From positions 62,001-126,000 of the forward strand of contig JAYWIR010000088.1 in assembly GCA_036172245.1 (NCBI GenBank): a stretch of 64,000 nucleotides of DNA, given 5' to 3'. The notes under the pieces are model-generated. The model was not told the origin of the DNA. It searched no databases and saw nothing but the letters and a program-made list of their open reading frames with translations. The DNA is from Raillietiella orientalis. Its lineage: Eukaryota. Positions 50,001 through 64,000 of the stretch are shown piece by piece; within the stretch, counting starts at the first letter, position 1, and the number at the start of each line of letters is the position of its first letter. A program made the translations under genes and the position numbers.

Positions 50001-53000
50001 GTCCCAATTACAGTGCGAGACTGGTGAGTGTCTCTTCGGGAAGCTGCAAGCCACCTACACGATTCTCCGATCACAACGGTCCCGGATCGACCTGGAAGAC
50101 TTGGTGGTGACACTGCGCCAGGATTTCCGGCTTGAGCATTTTGACTTTCCGCAAAGTCCATCTGCAAGCTCAGTTCCGTTTGTTGTGTGTATATGAGGGA
50201 CTTTGAGAAGTTGTGGATTTCGTAATGCCCCTTGGCACGCCTCCCTCTTCAGTGATGCGTTGGAAGCGAAGGATTTCTTTCTCCGCTGCTGTGCAGACGG
50301 CACAGAATGTTTCGGTTCCCCCCTGATTGTCCTTCTCACTGCTGGAAGTTCTCCTGTGGAGTTCCTGCCATACAAAGACTGAAATGTTTTGCAGCTGGAG
50401 GCACTGGGTCGCCACCGGAAACGGGCCCAGAGTAACTTCGTCCGCTGCGGAATCTCCAAGGCAAACCGCTAGGAGGCATCCTAGAGGACTGGACGCAGTG
50501 GTTCCGGATAACGATCTCGCTGTGTGCTCTCAGGAAAGGAAATGACAGTTCTCCTCCAGCACTGCAGGAGTTGAGAAACTCCTCGACGGCTGCAAGACGA
50601 TCTGCTCCTCGCTTCCTGGTGAAAGGGGGTCACTCCGAGCAAGAGTGACCCCCGAAGAACTCGCGGTTCCTGCCCTGTGCGCGGGCACTTCCGTGCTCCC
50701 GCTACTTTGGAAACCGCAGGATGTTCTGCTGCTTCCTCACTGGAGGAATTCCAGTGCAGCCGGCACAGGCACCCGGCTTCCGGAAGAGTTGCCTCCCTAA
50801 ACCGTTACAGGTGCGGGGAAATCGACTCGTTTCTGCACTTTCTGTTGGATACTGCAACGCCCTCGAGGACATGTGGCGGCGACTCTCCTCGGTGGTTCGC
50901 CACTCGGAGGACGTCACGATGCACTTGCTGTGGATATTTCTTCCGCAGGAGGCGGACGTCGTGATGGCAATGAGATGCTTTCTTCCGTGCCCTTGTCGCG
51001 GTCCGTTCCAGGATGGAGTCTCGAGCGCAGCAGCGAAGGGAGACCATCGGAATGGCAGAAGCCTCGATGATGACGGCTGCAAGATGATCTCACTCACAAG
51101 AAGAAGAAGTCATCAGGGAAATCGCCCTCATCCATAGGCGCTTTCAGAAAGAAAGGAACGTGCTTTACCAAAGTCTTCACCTCCCATCTTCTTCTATCCA
51201 TTTACTGTCCCGTCCCTCACGTTTTGGACTTCCCGAAAAGCCGGCGTGCGTGCCGGTGGTGCTTCTCCTCGATCTTCTTTTCGCTGTTGCTGTTCTGTAT
51301 ATGTACTCGGCAGACACTGTCCCCTGATTCGTAGTTTGTTTGTCATTCAAGGAATGTCCCGGAGCGACCGGATGCAAACTATCACAAGGGACAAATGAGC
51401 TTGTTGGGAAAGAATAGGGCAGGACCTCCGAGAAGCAGCTTCCGGACACGCCTTGCCCAGGGATTGGCATTGTAGAAGAAGAGTTGCCATTAATAAATCT
51501 ACAATCTATTGCTTTCCTCAGCCATTCCACTTCATAACAATGTATTGTTACAACCACAGATTCATTGGATTCACGTTCCACGCCCTATCCCTCACCCAGC
51601 ATCCGATCTCGAATTTCACATCAGATTGATCTCCAAGATTGCAAATCAAGTGAACGACCAACGTTGGAGATGAGCGTCACTGACCCTCAGAGTTAGGAAT
51701 TGAAGACCTTTCGAGCCGATCACTACGATGACTCATATCTGCTGGCTGCGAAGGCATGGGAGCTTTCTCTACCATTTTTGGGATCTGAGCCGGTATTCTA
51801 GGCCCTTCCTCAAGGTCACTGCCATTAGCTTGGAACTCTCTCATCCAGGCACCCATTTTATCAGTAACGGTGAATCGCGCAGCATCACCACCACCTCTCC
51901 CGCTCTAGCTGCGATCTTCTTCCAGTCGCATCCGCCACAGGAGGAGGAATCGGCAGCTGCCTGACCCCTCTCACACTCTTTGTCCTTCAGATGTGGCATC
52001 CCTACACCTGAATGACCTCAGATGCCCACTGCTGCCTCTGTCTTTTCCAAACTTCTTCCTCGTACCTCTTATTCGAAAGGATCATCTATACCTTACCAAC
52101 CAACGCTCCTTCCAGACCATCCACAAGAATCCACCGTTCCACCTTCTCCCTCTATTCAGCGTAAATCTCATCCATCCTAAGAGACGTCAACTTCATGACC
52201 ACCATCATCAACAAACGACCCTGAAACATATCCCCCTCTCAGATCCCTCCCTTCCTTCGATCCCAGGAACGGAGATTCCTCCCCCCGCCTGCTTGTGAAC
52301 TGCACTTGCCCTCCGGCCCCTGTGGGAACGTTTGGGGACGGCCATGCTGCTCAACCCCAGTTGGTAACTCCAGGGACGTTTTCCAGCTCCTCTTCCTGCA
52401 GGGTGCTCCTGCCGCCAGCAGCAGCCTCAGCCTCAGCCTCAGCATCCGCAGGATTGCGGCAGCTTGGAGCGAAACCGACCGAGGAAGAAACGAGAGGGAC
52501 ACCATCCGACTTCGCTTCCTGCGGATAGCAGTGAGGTGGCCCAGCCTGAGACCTATTCGGACGGACCTAGCTGTGATCTCGGAAAGGATGCAGAGAACTC
52601 CCTCCAGCGGGCCGTGATCGTTTCCCGGTCCTCCATAGCGCTTTCGCATTTCTTTCCCTCTTTGTTTTTCTCCCCCTCCCCTCCCTCCGCTGCCGAGGCG
52701 AACCTCGCCGGTCCGTGCAACCGGAGGTCTACTGCTAAATGGAGAGTGGCAGGAATGGATGTCTTACCACAAAAGACTTTCCAACTTTACTGTTTCTTTC
52801 AATAAACGGCCCGGCGTGACCGAAGGCGACGCCCGGGCTGTCTGTCTTGGAGGAAGAAGGCACGGGGACGGAGTGCAAGAGCGAAGAAGGGCAGCCTTCC
52901 GTGAGAGCATCTGATGCTGTTGGCAAGCAGAGCGCCCGCTGAGCGAGTTCCTCGTAGGAACGGCCTTGGAGGTGTCAAGCGGACGGGATCCCGCTCGCTC

Positions 53001-54330
53001 GGGAATGCAGCCAGACTGTGTTGCTGCACTCCCTAGCGAGCGGTCGAACTGTGTTACCCTCCGCCCCTTGTATGAGCGTTTTGCCTCGGGGGCAACCCCA
53101 GAGACGTTCTGAAGAGTCTCTTCCTGCGCGACGCTCTCACGCAGGCCGCATCCCTAGCAGCACTTTGCTGCCCACGCGGCGGGACCGTGGCTGCATGGAG
53201 CAGCAAGGCAGAGGAGACCAGGACGACAGGGACGCCATTTACTTTGCCGTCCTCTTCATGGGGATAGCGTCAAGATGACCCCATCTGGGAGCCTCGAAAC
53301 AGGAACTTTCCTACATCCTGCAAAGGATGAACCACTCTCGTGGAGGTGCGCGCGCGCACCCTTGGCCAACAGACACTAGCCAACTCGGAGCAGCCACTCT
53401 GAATTGGCCCCAGGGAAGCTGCGGGGAAGGTTTCCAGAGATGCGCGTGCGTGCAGCTTCCTTGCTGCTCCTATCCCAGGCACGGAAGCGTCAGCGGGGAG
53501 CGAGAGCTCCTGGACTCTGCGGGTGCCTTGTCAGATCCACTCTTGATGACACGGAGCAACGGGAAGCTCCGGGTCGCGAATTCCGACGTGAGCGAATGAG
53601 ATTTTCAGTGGTGGCCGTACGAGGCAAAGAAGAGCAGGCAATCCTGTAGGACCGCGAAAGACGAGTCCGTGGAGGTCCGGAAGACGACGGCGGCGTCCCC
53701 CCTCCCCTGCCTGCAGTCACGAAGAGAATTGCCCTGACCAACGTGTCAGGCTTGCCCTGACCTGCAGTCAGCATGCACCGCGACTTGCGTCGGAAGTCCG
53801 CCAGCCCTTTTTCTGCAGCGGCGTCGAAGCTGCGCCAGCAAGAAAAAAACCCTTTTCGATCGAGGAAAGAAGCAGCCAAAGACTTCCTCAGCCTCCGGGA
53901 TCCCATCAGCCAAGCCTTTCGTGTTTCTACTCCTCCTCCGCCCGCAACCCGCAGTCGGAAGGAAGCCACAGCGAAGTGCTCAGTCCGACAGGAGAAGCTC
54001 CGCGGCGACGGGAGAAGATGAGCTTTGGACGGAAAGCGTTGTCCACCAGGGACGAAATGGTCATCGGATGAGAGCACTTCGAAGGAGCGCGCGTCAGTGG
54101 CGAGTGCGGGCGGGGTCAGCGGTTCGCAGCCAAAACTCACGATGAAACGTCTTTCCCTTCAGCCATTTGACGAAAGGCCCTGCCGGCCAACAGGAAGAGT
54201 TCGGGCTACGAAGAGTCGGGCAGGGGAACCGCCAACGCGGTGGTGGCGGCAGCGGTGTGTGTGTGTGTCTTTCCTGCGTTTCCACGGAGACGAGGGTTTC
54301 TGCTGTGGGTCGGGTCTTTAGTTTTCGTTC
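47085..54330 (+). pseudogene. Field of degenerate, spliced-looking, protein-like fragments with frameshifts and stops (one or more pseudogenes or orphan transcripts)
   Basis: Purine-rich sense strand with polypyrimidine-AG/GT junctions at about 47084, 48128, 48263, 49950 and 50810. Helical-looking peptides (QNVERIHLSLLLPFHEY, SRIDLEDLVVTLRQDF, GILEDWTQWFRITISL) switch frames. No family was recognised. Confidence 0.4.
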
Positions 54331-54417
54331 CTTTCCTCTTCGAGTGGACTCTTGGATCTCTTTCTCCGGGAATCTGGTGCTCCCTGCACACTTCGGGAAC
54401 CTCGAGAAGCAGGAAAG

Positions 54418-55952
54418 ATGGAGAGGACGAGAGATTACCAGCTCCACGAGCTCAGGAAGAGGCTGGAATACATGGAGAGCGACCACGAGAAATTCTGCAT
54501 GGACTTGAGTGCTTTGATCGTGAGCACGAGGGGGTGGTCCACCGGGTTCGGCACCAGCGTGCGGTTTCCAGACAGAATACCTGAAACTTTGGTTGATTTG
54601 GAAAGAAGACAACCCGGAGCTCAGGTTGCTGTGCCAACGGTTGACCACCGTGTGCACTTTCCTGGAGCAGGTATGCGAGACGAGCCTCAGTCGCCAGGAA
54701 GAACTGAAGGCATTCCACATGTTGCTATACCCTACCCAGGAGCTCGAGGTACTCCTCCTCTTCCCTTGTTATGTCGGGCCGGCGCCGAAACGGGCGTCAC
54801 ACCCTGTCTTTTCAGGCTTCGACTTCGGAAGAAGTGACTGAACACCGGCGTTTGCAAGAGAAGTATCAAGGCAACAGGGCACTAACGCTGCCGCAAGTGG
54901 AGGTACGGCGTGAGTACTGAGGTCGGATGCTTCCGGAGAGCGGGGTGTCCAAATGAGGAAGGGGGAAGAGAATCCTGAAGGGAGGCGGTTCACGCGATGA
55001 GGCAACTCGGGGGAGGTGGAAGGGGCCACCCTTCTTCTTGAAGCACCATGCTTCCAGGTGATGTTGCTCAGCATGCTGTGGCTGACGAACTCGCAGATAG
55101 AAATTCTGATGAACACGAAGGAGAGACTGGACATCTCAGATGTACTAGCTGGCAGAGACCCACAGGAAGTAACGCTCACGCAGAGGAGGTGCGCCCGGAG
55201 GCGGGAGAGGCGGTCTTGGTTGCATCGATTTTAATGATTAGTGAGGGGATAGTTCATGAATGAAGAACGCCTGATGATGTAATGATTATGCGAAATATGG
55301 CGAATGCTTCCAGACAGCACCAATACGAAGAGCGGAGCCTGATAGAGCAGACCGAGGAAAAAGTCAACAGGAAGTTGGTGACCGTCTCCCACCAATACAT
55401 GGATCTCATGATGGATTTCAAGAAAAAGGAAGAGGACATAGTGTTTCTGGTCACTTTGGCGGAGGAGCGCTGTTCCTACGGAAAATCTGATAAACTCTTC
55501 AACGAGATCATGTTCAACAGGAACTGGATCAAATATATCCTGAGCGAGAACCAGAGGATGATGAGACTCACTCTGCTGATGGACATTTTCCTCGAAAGTG
55601 TTTGGAGGTAAGGATGCCCTCGAAGACACTCTCTCGGCTTTGACGTCAGTCTTGTTTGCGCTCAGCGAGAGGAAGGAAGACGTGGAGCTGTACAAAAAGT
55701 TGAGGAAAGCGCATTGGGGGCGATTACGCTCTAAGCTGGTCGGCGAGGAAGAAGAAACATCCGTAAGGGGACCAATACGTTGCTTTCTTCGTTCCTGGTA
55801 ACGGATTCTTGCTCTCACGTTTGCAGGGACAGGTTCCTCTCGAGCAAAGACCGACAACGGACGGACAAGGGCCAATCAAATTGGGCAGACCTCTCAAGCG
55901 CACCAAGTCACGGGATACTGCATTCGGTGTGAAGAGGCGCAGAGAGCAATGA
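54418..55952 (+). CDS. Uncharacterised 7-exon alpha-helical/coiled-coil protein (about 350-360 aa). It has an in-frame TGA at 55261 unless an alternative acceptor is used
   Basis: Exons 54418-54519, 54572-54748, 54816-54902, 55058-55188, 55242 (or 55266)-55607, 55666-55762 and 55827-55952 join through six GT-AG introns in consistent phase. Codons are GC3-biased and AATAAA lies near 56086. Confidence 0.6.
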
Positions 55953-57447
55953 GGGATGCGGAGGCACGCACTGCTACACACAGGATCCTCCATCCTCTAT
56001 CTCTGTCTCCGCACTGTTCTCTTGCCGCTGATGGCGTCCATCGGAGCTGTCTTCGTGGGAACGCTCTCGTATCGGTCCGGAGATGGAATAAACGTGAACT
56101 CAGCAAAAGGACTGCCGATCAGTCATGAGTGCGGATTTGATTCGCTGTCTCACCTACAGGAAAAAAGAAAAAAAGATCCTACCTGACGCCCTGCAGCGAG
56201 CAGCTGTCGTAGAAGGAATGCAGCAGTCGCTGTCGCATCTCCGGGTTCGCTCCGTTCTTCTTGGCCCACGCGCGAACGGTTCCCTGGAACCAGGCGCCAC
56301 TGTTCGCGGGCCGGCAGGAGATGCAGTTGTAGGTCTTGGTCAGCTTGGCCCCTCGCCGGAGCTCCAGTCTGCAGCAGCGGGACACGTCGCGCCTGGGTCG
56401 CCGCTCCAGGAACGGGGACAGTCCCGCGTAGCCGGCGGCTCGCTTGACCAGGTATCGTGCGACGATCGCACCAGGTCGTGCTCCGAAGCTTCGCCGCTAA
56501 AACAAGCGTCCTTCGCTGGAGCTGCCGCTCTCCAGGCGCTCCAGCGTCAGGAGGCCAAGGTCTCCGTCGCAAGCCCTTCAGGCGGACCCGGGGCCTCCAT
56601 GTGTCCCGCAGGGAGATTCCCAGGAGGTCCTTCGTCCGCCTCTCAATATCACTCGGTGGGGGTCCACCTAACAGGCATCCTTGCTCACGGGCAGTATCGC
56701 CATCGCTGATCTTCAGGGAGGCGCGATTATTGCTAGTTGAAAACAGGCGTCCCGCTCCTTGGAGAAGGAGGAGCGCATTTGGCACCGCCCACGCGCTGTG
56801 GGCCAAGCCCAATTTTTTCGAAAGTTTCCATAGGTCATTAGTTGGCCTTGCCGCAGGGTGCGCAGCGGCGAGTGAGGCTTCCGAGGTGCCGACCCCTTCC
56901 GGTCAGCTGGAGGGAGAGCGAGAGCCGCAGGCGTAGGCGTCGGCGCCGGAGGAGGACGCGGCGGTCCCGGTGCACGTCCTATATCGCACCCTTCCCTTCC
57001 CCTTCCCCCCTTACGTTCTCGCCAAGCGCGTTCGTTCCCAAAAACGAGGAGGCGCGGGAACGGGAGCAGTGCCTGGCCCCGCCTGCTTTCCAGGACGCTT
57101 ACTACGCGTCCTTGGTGGCTCTGAGGGGCGCCGGGATGCCCAAGTGGATGGACTGCATGGACGTGGACGAGGTGCGGACGTGCAGAGGGGTGGTCGGCCC
57201 GTCGACCTCCAGGTCGCCGCCGCCCGCCAGCTTCGCCCAGGCGCCCACCTCGCCCACAGGCGCTTCGTCTGCCGCGTCCAGCCTCGTGAGCCGCGAGGCG
57301 CAGACGCGCGCCTTCCGGAAGCTGCGCGCGCGCGGTGCGCGCACGCAGCGGATGCGGTGCAGATGCTGAAGGACGGCAGGCCTCCTAGAGGCTCCGGCGG
57401 TCCACGGTCAGTCGCGGATCTCCGAGCTGGAGATGTGCAGGTATGGT

Positions 57448-57973
57448 GAGTGGACTCCCATTTAACGCGCTCCCCGCGAATTTGTATGACGCGACGAAAA
57501 AATGGCGACCAGCGCTCTCATCCAACGCGATGAACAGTCCCGTGAGAAACGCGTGAGATAAATTTTACACGTCTTGACATGCTGTTCGACTTTTTGCCTA
57601 GAAACGCAACATGTATACACTTGCCTGTTGCTTGTACACACACAGAAAAGCTATCAGTCATAAAAGCTGTGAAGGTTTTCCCCCAAAATAAAGTGCACAT
57701 CGAAAGATAAAAGAGGAAAACATCTCTATTCAATTTTTAATCAAAACAAAAAATACAAATTCTTTGCTATTTGACGTTTGTCGGAAGCATCCACAAAGAA
57801 GTTCCAACGACATCTTCATTTCAATATTGAACATCTCATTAGCAATATGCGATCCGTACTAAAACTCAGAGACACGTTTCAGCTTGCATGAATTCGTGTG
57901 ACAATGGGTGTCTCGTATAACGCGGTTTCCCATAACGCGGAACGTATCCCCCGCGTTATACAGGAGTCCACTG
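57448..57973. mobile_element. Non-autonomous Tc1/mariner-superfamily (pogo/Tigger-like) MITE
   Basis: Imperfect terminal inverted repeats: left (G)AGTGGACTCCCATTTAACGCG, right CGCGTTATACAGGAGTCCACTG followed by TA. Subterminal ATAACGCG repeats lie at about 57917 and 57932, and the interior is AT-rich and non-coding. Confidence 0.75.
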
Positions 57974-60900
57974 TACCTACGCGAAGGCGGTGCTGGTTGC
58001 CCCACGAGCTGGAGTCCTCAGCGAAACTCGTCAATCTCTGGGACGCGGGGAGTCCCCCAGGATGCTGCGAGTGCCTGAGGTCACCTGAGAAAGGGGGTGC
58101 CCTCATGCTGGGAACCTTCCCAGACAGCTCTTCGCTGGTTCCCTCGGCAGTTTCGGCTTCTCCAGCCCTCGGAAGGCAAAGGGCGGAGAAGAGCACCGAC
58201 TGCGTTCGCGGCGACTCCAAGGGGCGCACGGAAAGAGCGCGCTCAAAAGGAACGTCCGCCATGGCAGCCAGCCCGAAATGAAAAGAGAGACGAAAGGAAG
58301 AACAGAAGACCCATGGAACGCGACAACGAAATGTCGGCGGAGCGACCGCAGCACTGGTCAATTCTTCACGCCCGGTTGCGCCGGGGCATTTATCGAGACC
58401 AATAAACCCACAAAATAAGTCCTTGGTCAGGCATCCAGTCCTTCCGCGCCCGATAGCACTGCCAGGACTCCCAAACGCAGACCGACGAGGGTCCCCTAGG
58501 CAGCAGGGGGAGGGAGAACTAACGGAAAGAAAGAGAAGTGATAAATAAATATGGCAAACTATGCTAAGGGGGCTGCGTGAGCGAATCATCGGATGCTGAG
58601 GAGAGTCCTCTGCATCCTCTGGGGGGATGCTGGAGAGTTCCATGAGTATATTCTTCAGATGGGGGCCACCTAGTTGCGATCCGCAGGAAGACTGACAATT
58701 GATTTTCCCCAAGTCCCACAAGGGGTGGGGAAAGCTTATTTTCTCTTTCATTAACACTACAATCTTATGCATACAAACTGCACAAAAATTGCACTTCCTA
58801 TCGCTGGGGTTCACTTGAAGTCTGCTCCTTTGGGTCTGACAATTGACTGACAATTTCGGTAGGATCCGAAGAGCCCTACCACGTGCAGAACTTCTAGTCC
58901 ACTTGCCGTTTGGGGTCCGATGCGGAGGCACGAAGGATGAGTGAAAAAAAAAACAAACAAAAACGAAAGAGCAAATGCGCATACGGATGTTTGTTTGGGG
59001 AGCTCGGGCTAAAAAAAAAAATCTGTTTGGGGGCTCATTGCGTTCCTCGACATGCCGTGGAGGATGCTGGCAAGTTCGTTCTCCATACCACCCAGATGGG
59101 GCCATCTTGCGACGATCCTCATAACGAGTTTCGTTACTTTCGTCCGGTGAACGGCACCTCTGTCGTGTTGGCACCCTCTTCTGCTAACGTTCCAAGCCGA
59201 TCTTCTACCGTGTAGGCAGTGAAGAGCTGAGAAGCACGCGGCTGGCGTCGGCGTATCACGCACGAAGAGGCGCTTCGTCACGTCTCGGGGGTCGTTCGCA
59301 GGGGTCCGAAGAGCCGTCGAGGAAAGGTCCCAAAGGTGCCTGAGGGCAGCACAGTTGGCAAGCAGGTGCAGGAGAGTTCCCTTTTTCCCCGCGCGCCTGT
59401 CACAGTTCGGGTTCGCCCTCTCCCTGGTCCAGCGAGGGAGACGTGCTTTGCACCAATGCAAGATCGCGTACGTCCCTCCCCCTGTCACTTTAAAGGAAGG
59501 GTAGGACTCTCCTTAAGTATCTGCCGCAACGCCAGGTCTTCTTTAGAAATCCCCAGAAGCTGGGCGCCAGAGTAACAGACCTTCAGGTGGGACACTCGGA
59601 GTCGCAGCTCCCGTTAGCTCCCGCATCGAGCACCCACCAAGAGGTTTCTCTTTTCCTGCCAAGCAGCAGGTCACTTCTCACTTTGCTGGTGCTGCATGTC
59701 CCCCTGTTTTTCTAAGGGAGGACAGCACTGAGGTCAGAAAGGTACACGAAGCTCACAGGGTCTTCCCTGGGCCATACAAAACATCCTGCAGCGACTGACG
59801 AGCGTTTCTGCCACGTTGCAAGGACCGGAGGCATCTCCTCCACTCGCGCCGTGGACCTTTCCCCACGAGCGAACCAACCCCTGGACCCCGGCAGGGCAGA
59901 TGGCCGGGAGGCAGGAGATCCTTTGCCAAGGTCACCATCTGGCGAAGTTGACACCCAGCGTGGACAGAAGACTTCGGCTGATAAGGAATGAGCAAAGTCG
60001 ATCCGTTGCCGCTTGCTTCTCGGTCGGCAAGGAGGAGTGCTGGAGAGCACCATGGCGTCGTTCTCAACTTTGTCGCCAGGGCAAGTCTTCCCCAATGGAC
60101 TTGCCGCTCTGTCTGCTCCGGTGTCAGGAGATCTCAGTCCGCCATCCCAATGCGGAGCACATACGTCTTTCAAGAGGGTCTCGGACCCCTTTGTGCCTCA
60201 CAGGGCACTTCGCAGGAGGTCTTTCTGTTCGTTTTCTTACTTCACTGGGATGATCCACTCGTGTGGCCCGGTATGGTGCGACCTGCAGGGAGGCTAATCT
60301 CCAGAATCCCGAAGAAATTCACGATTCCTTGCTGGCAAAAGTAAAATCCCGAGTTCTTCCGGAATAGAAATCCTCTAAGAATCAGCTTCGCGAAATCCTA
60401 AAAGCGATCCACTGGCTGCAGAAACCCAAGTCTCTCCGAGCGTCTTCGGCGAAGCAAATGGAAATCGGAGTTGCAAGAAGAGCGGAGAGAGATGAGGGGA
60501 AGGAAACGGACGCAATGAAAGTCACGGAAGAGGAGGACTCCAAAGTGGGATTCCAGTAAAGGGGGAACCGGGAGGCACTTGGATTGATCGGCGCACGTCG
60601 GAACACCGCTAACCGGGCCACCCGCATGGGGGCCTTCTCCTGGGGATCCGATGGGTCCTCTACAGGGGAGCAAAACCAAAGAAGACGTCAAGGCCATCAT
60701 CCTGCGCGGCCCTTGATGCCGTCGGGGGGTTTGGCTCGAAATCCTGAGCTCCCGAATATTGAGAGATCATAAAAGATAAACACAGAGCATTCTCCACTTT
60801 TCAGTCCGCAACGACCACGGCGAAACCATAAAATACCACACTGATGCCAAAATAGTTCCTCCTCGGATGAGTGCACACAAATCGAAGGGGGTTACGGATC

Positions 60901-61668
60901 CGAGGAACTTCCCAGTTGGGCATATGAAGGCGGGGGGATGCAGCCATCCAAAGATGCTCCAGCGGCTAATAGTCAGTGCACGAAAGCCCCTACGTGAGGT
61001 TTTGATCATAAACGCTTTCTTGGTTGCTTGGTGACCAGGAAGCAGCGTGTGCAACTAGCGGAAACTCATCGAGAAGCGGCTAGGTCACTGAGGATCCAAG
61101 GAGAAGCTCTGTCGGTTCTTACCTACCGTCCCTCGGGCGCCGTCACCGGCACACCTATGCTGCACTTGCCTTCCTCCATTACCAGCGGGCAACTCTATCT
61201 GCAGAAGTCTCCCACACGCCTTCTCTGACGCCACCTCCAGCACGGATATCCACGGTCGGCCGAAGTCGACGGATTCTTCAAACGCACGCAAGCAAAGAAC
61301 GAAAAGACATCCGCCGTTTCCAGAACGAACGCATGTCAGGATCCAAAGCGTGAAAGGCAACATTGTCTTGGGAGGAAAGAGGAATTGCTCTGGAAACCAG
61401 GGAGTAGGTGGGATCGATGGGTCGAAGAAACTTCTTAATCAGAGAGAGGCAAGAAAGAGTCGAAGCATCGCCTTCGGCAACTTTCACTTCTTCCCTCGTG
61501 GTGAGAGACATGGAAAGGTGGACACGTGGTGTTCTCACACAAGGCGATCTGATTTGAAGAAGAATATGAAACCAAGTGGTCTTTGAGGAGAGTCTCTGTC
61601 GTTTCGGGAAGATGGGAATGCTGTTACGAAAACCAGGACTCCTTCATGTCTAAAGTTTATTACACAAA

Positions 61669-63717
<2,049 letters not shown>

Positions 63718-64000
63718 GTCGATCTTGTTGAAAGGGAACTCACGTGCACACTGTGGGGCCTGCAAGGCGTGCGTGAACTGCACTATATTGAGAGAGTGGA
63801 ATCCTGGTCCCTTCCTGATTGCTTTTTATGGAAAGTGGTTGTATCTACGAGATTGGTCCTTATCTGTTTCTGTTTCGGCGTGTTTCCGATGGGAAAGTTC
63901 TCTGTGGTGCAAAACTTCAGCGAAGCATTTCACACGAGAATGACTTCCCGAAAAGGCATCTGTCGGTTGCGCAGATTCTGCGCCTCAGTGCGCTCCACCG

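Noticed and set aside
57879..59174. 431-aa minus-strand ORF as a transposase for the adjacent MITE
   Set aside because: It has no DDE/HTH motifs, runs through homopolymer tracts and crosses the TIR. Likely spurious.

Overview
Eukaryotic (metazoan, most likely arthropod-like) genomic DNA from a compact genome. Most introns are 40-60 nt and GT-AG. The window alternates sharply between GC/CpG-rich domains (about 1-5.8 kb, 7.3-18.0 kb, 47.9-64 kb) and AT-rich, CpG-poor domains (about 5.9-7.3 kb, 18-47 kb). Eight conserved intron-containing genes could be spliced by hand: moesin/ERM (+), EEF1AKMT1/N6AMT2 (+), malonyl-CoA decarboxylase (-), tweety (-), fructosamine/ketosamine-3-kinase (+), INTS1 (+), Bora (-) and a cathepsin-L-like protein whose catalytic Cys is replaced by Asp (-). 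There is also an intronless orphan HMG-box gene, a 7-exon orphan helical-protein gene, a pogo/Tigger-type MITE and short tandem repeats. The most notable observations are: (i) the EEF1AKMT1 and MLYCD coding sequences overlap tail-to-tail by 42 nt; (ii) Bora stops early, but a spliceable in-phase downstream exon, riddled with stops, still carries a DSGY degron-like remnant; (iii) nearly every conserved gene has a divergently oriented, protein-like but broken partner on the far side of its promoter; (iv) a speculative TTAGG-template telomerase-RNA candidate lies upstream of the FN3K gene. All exon models come from manual reading and need transcript support. No database searches were run.
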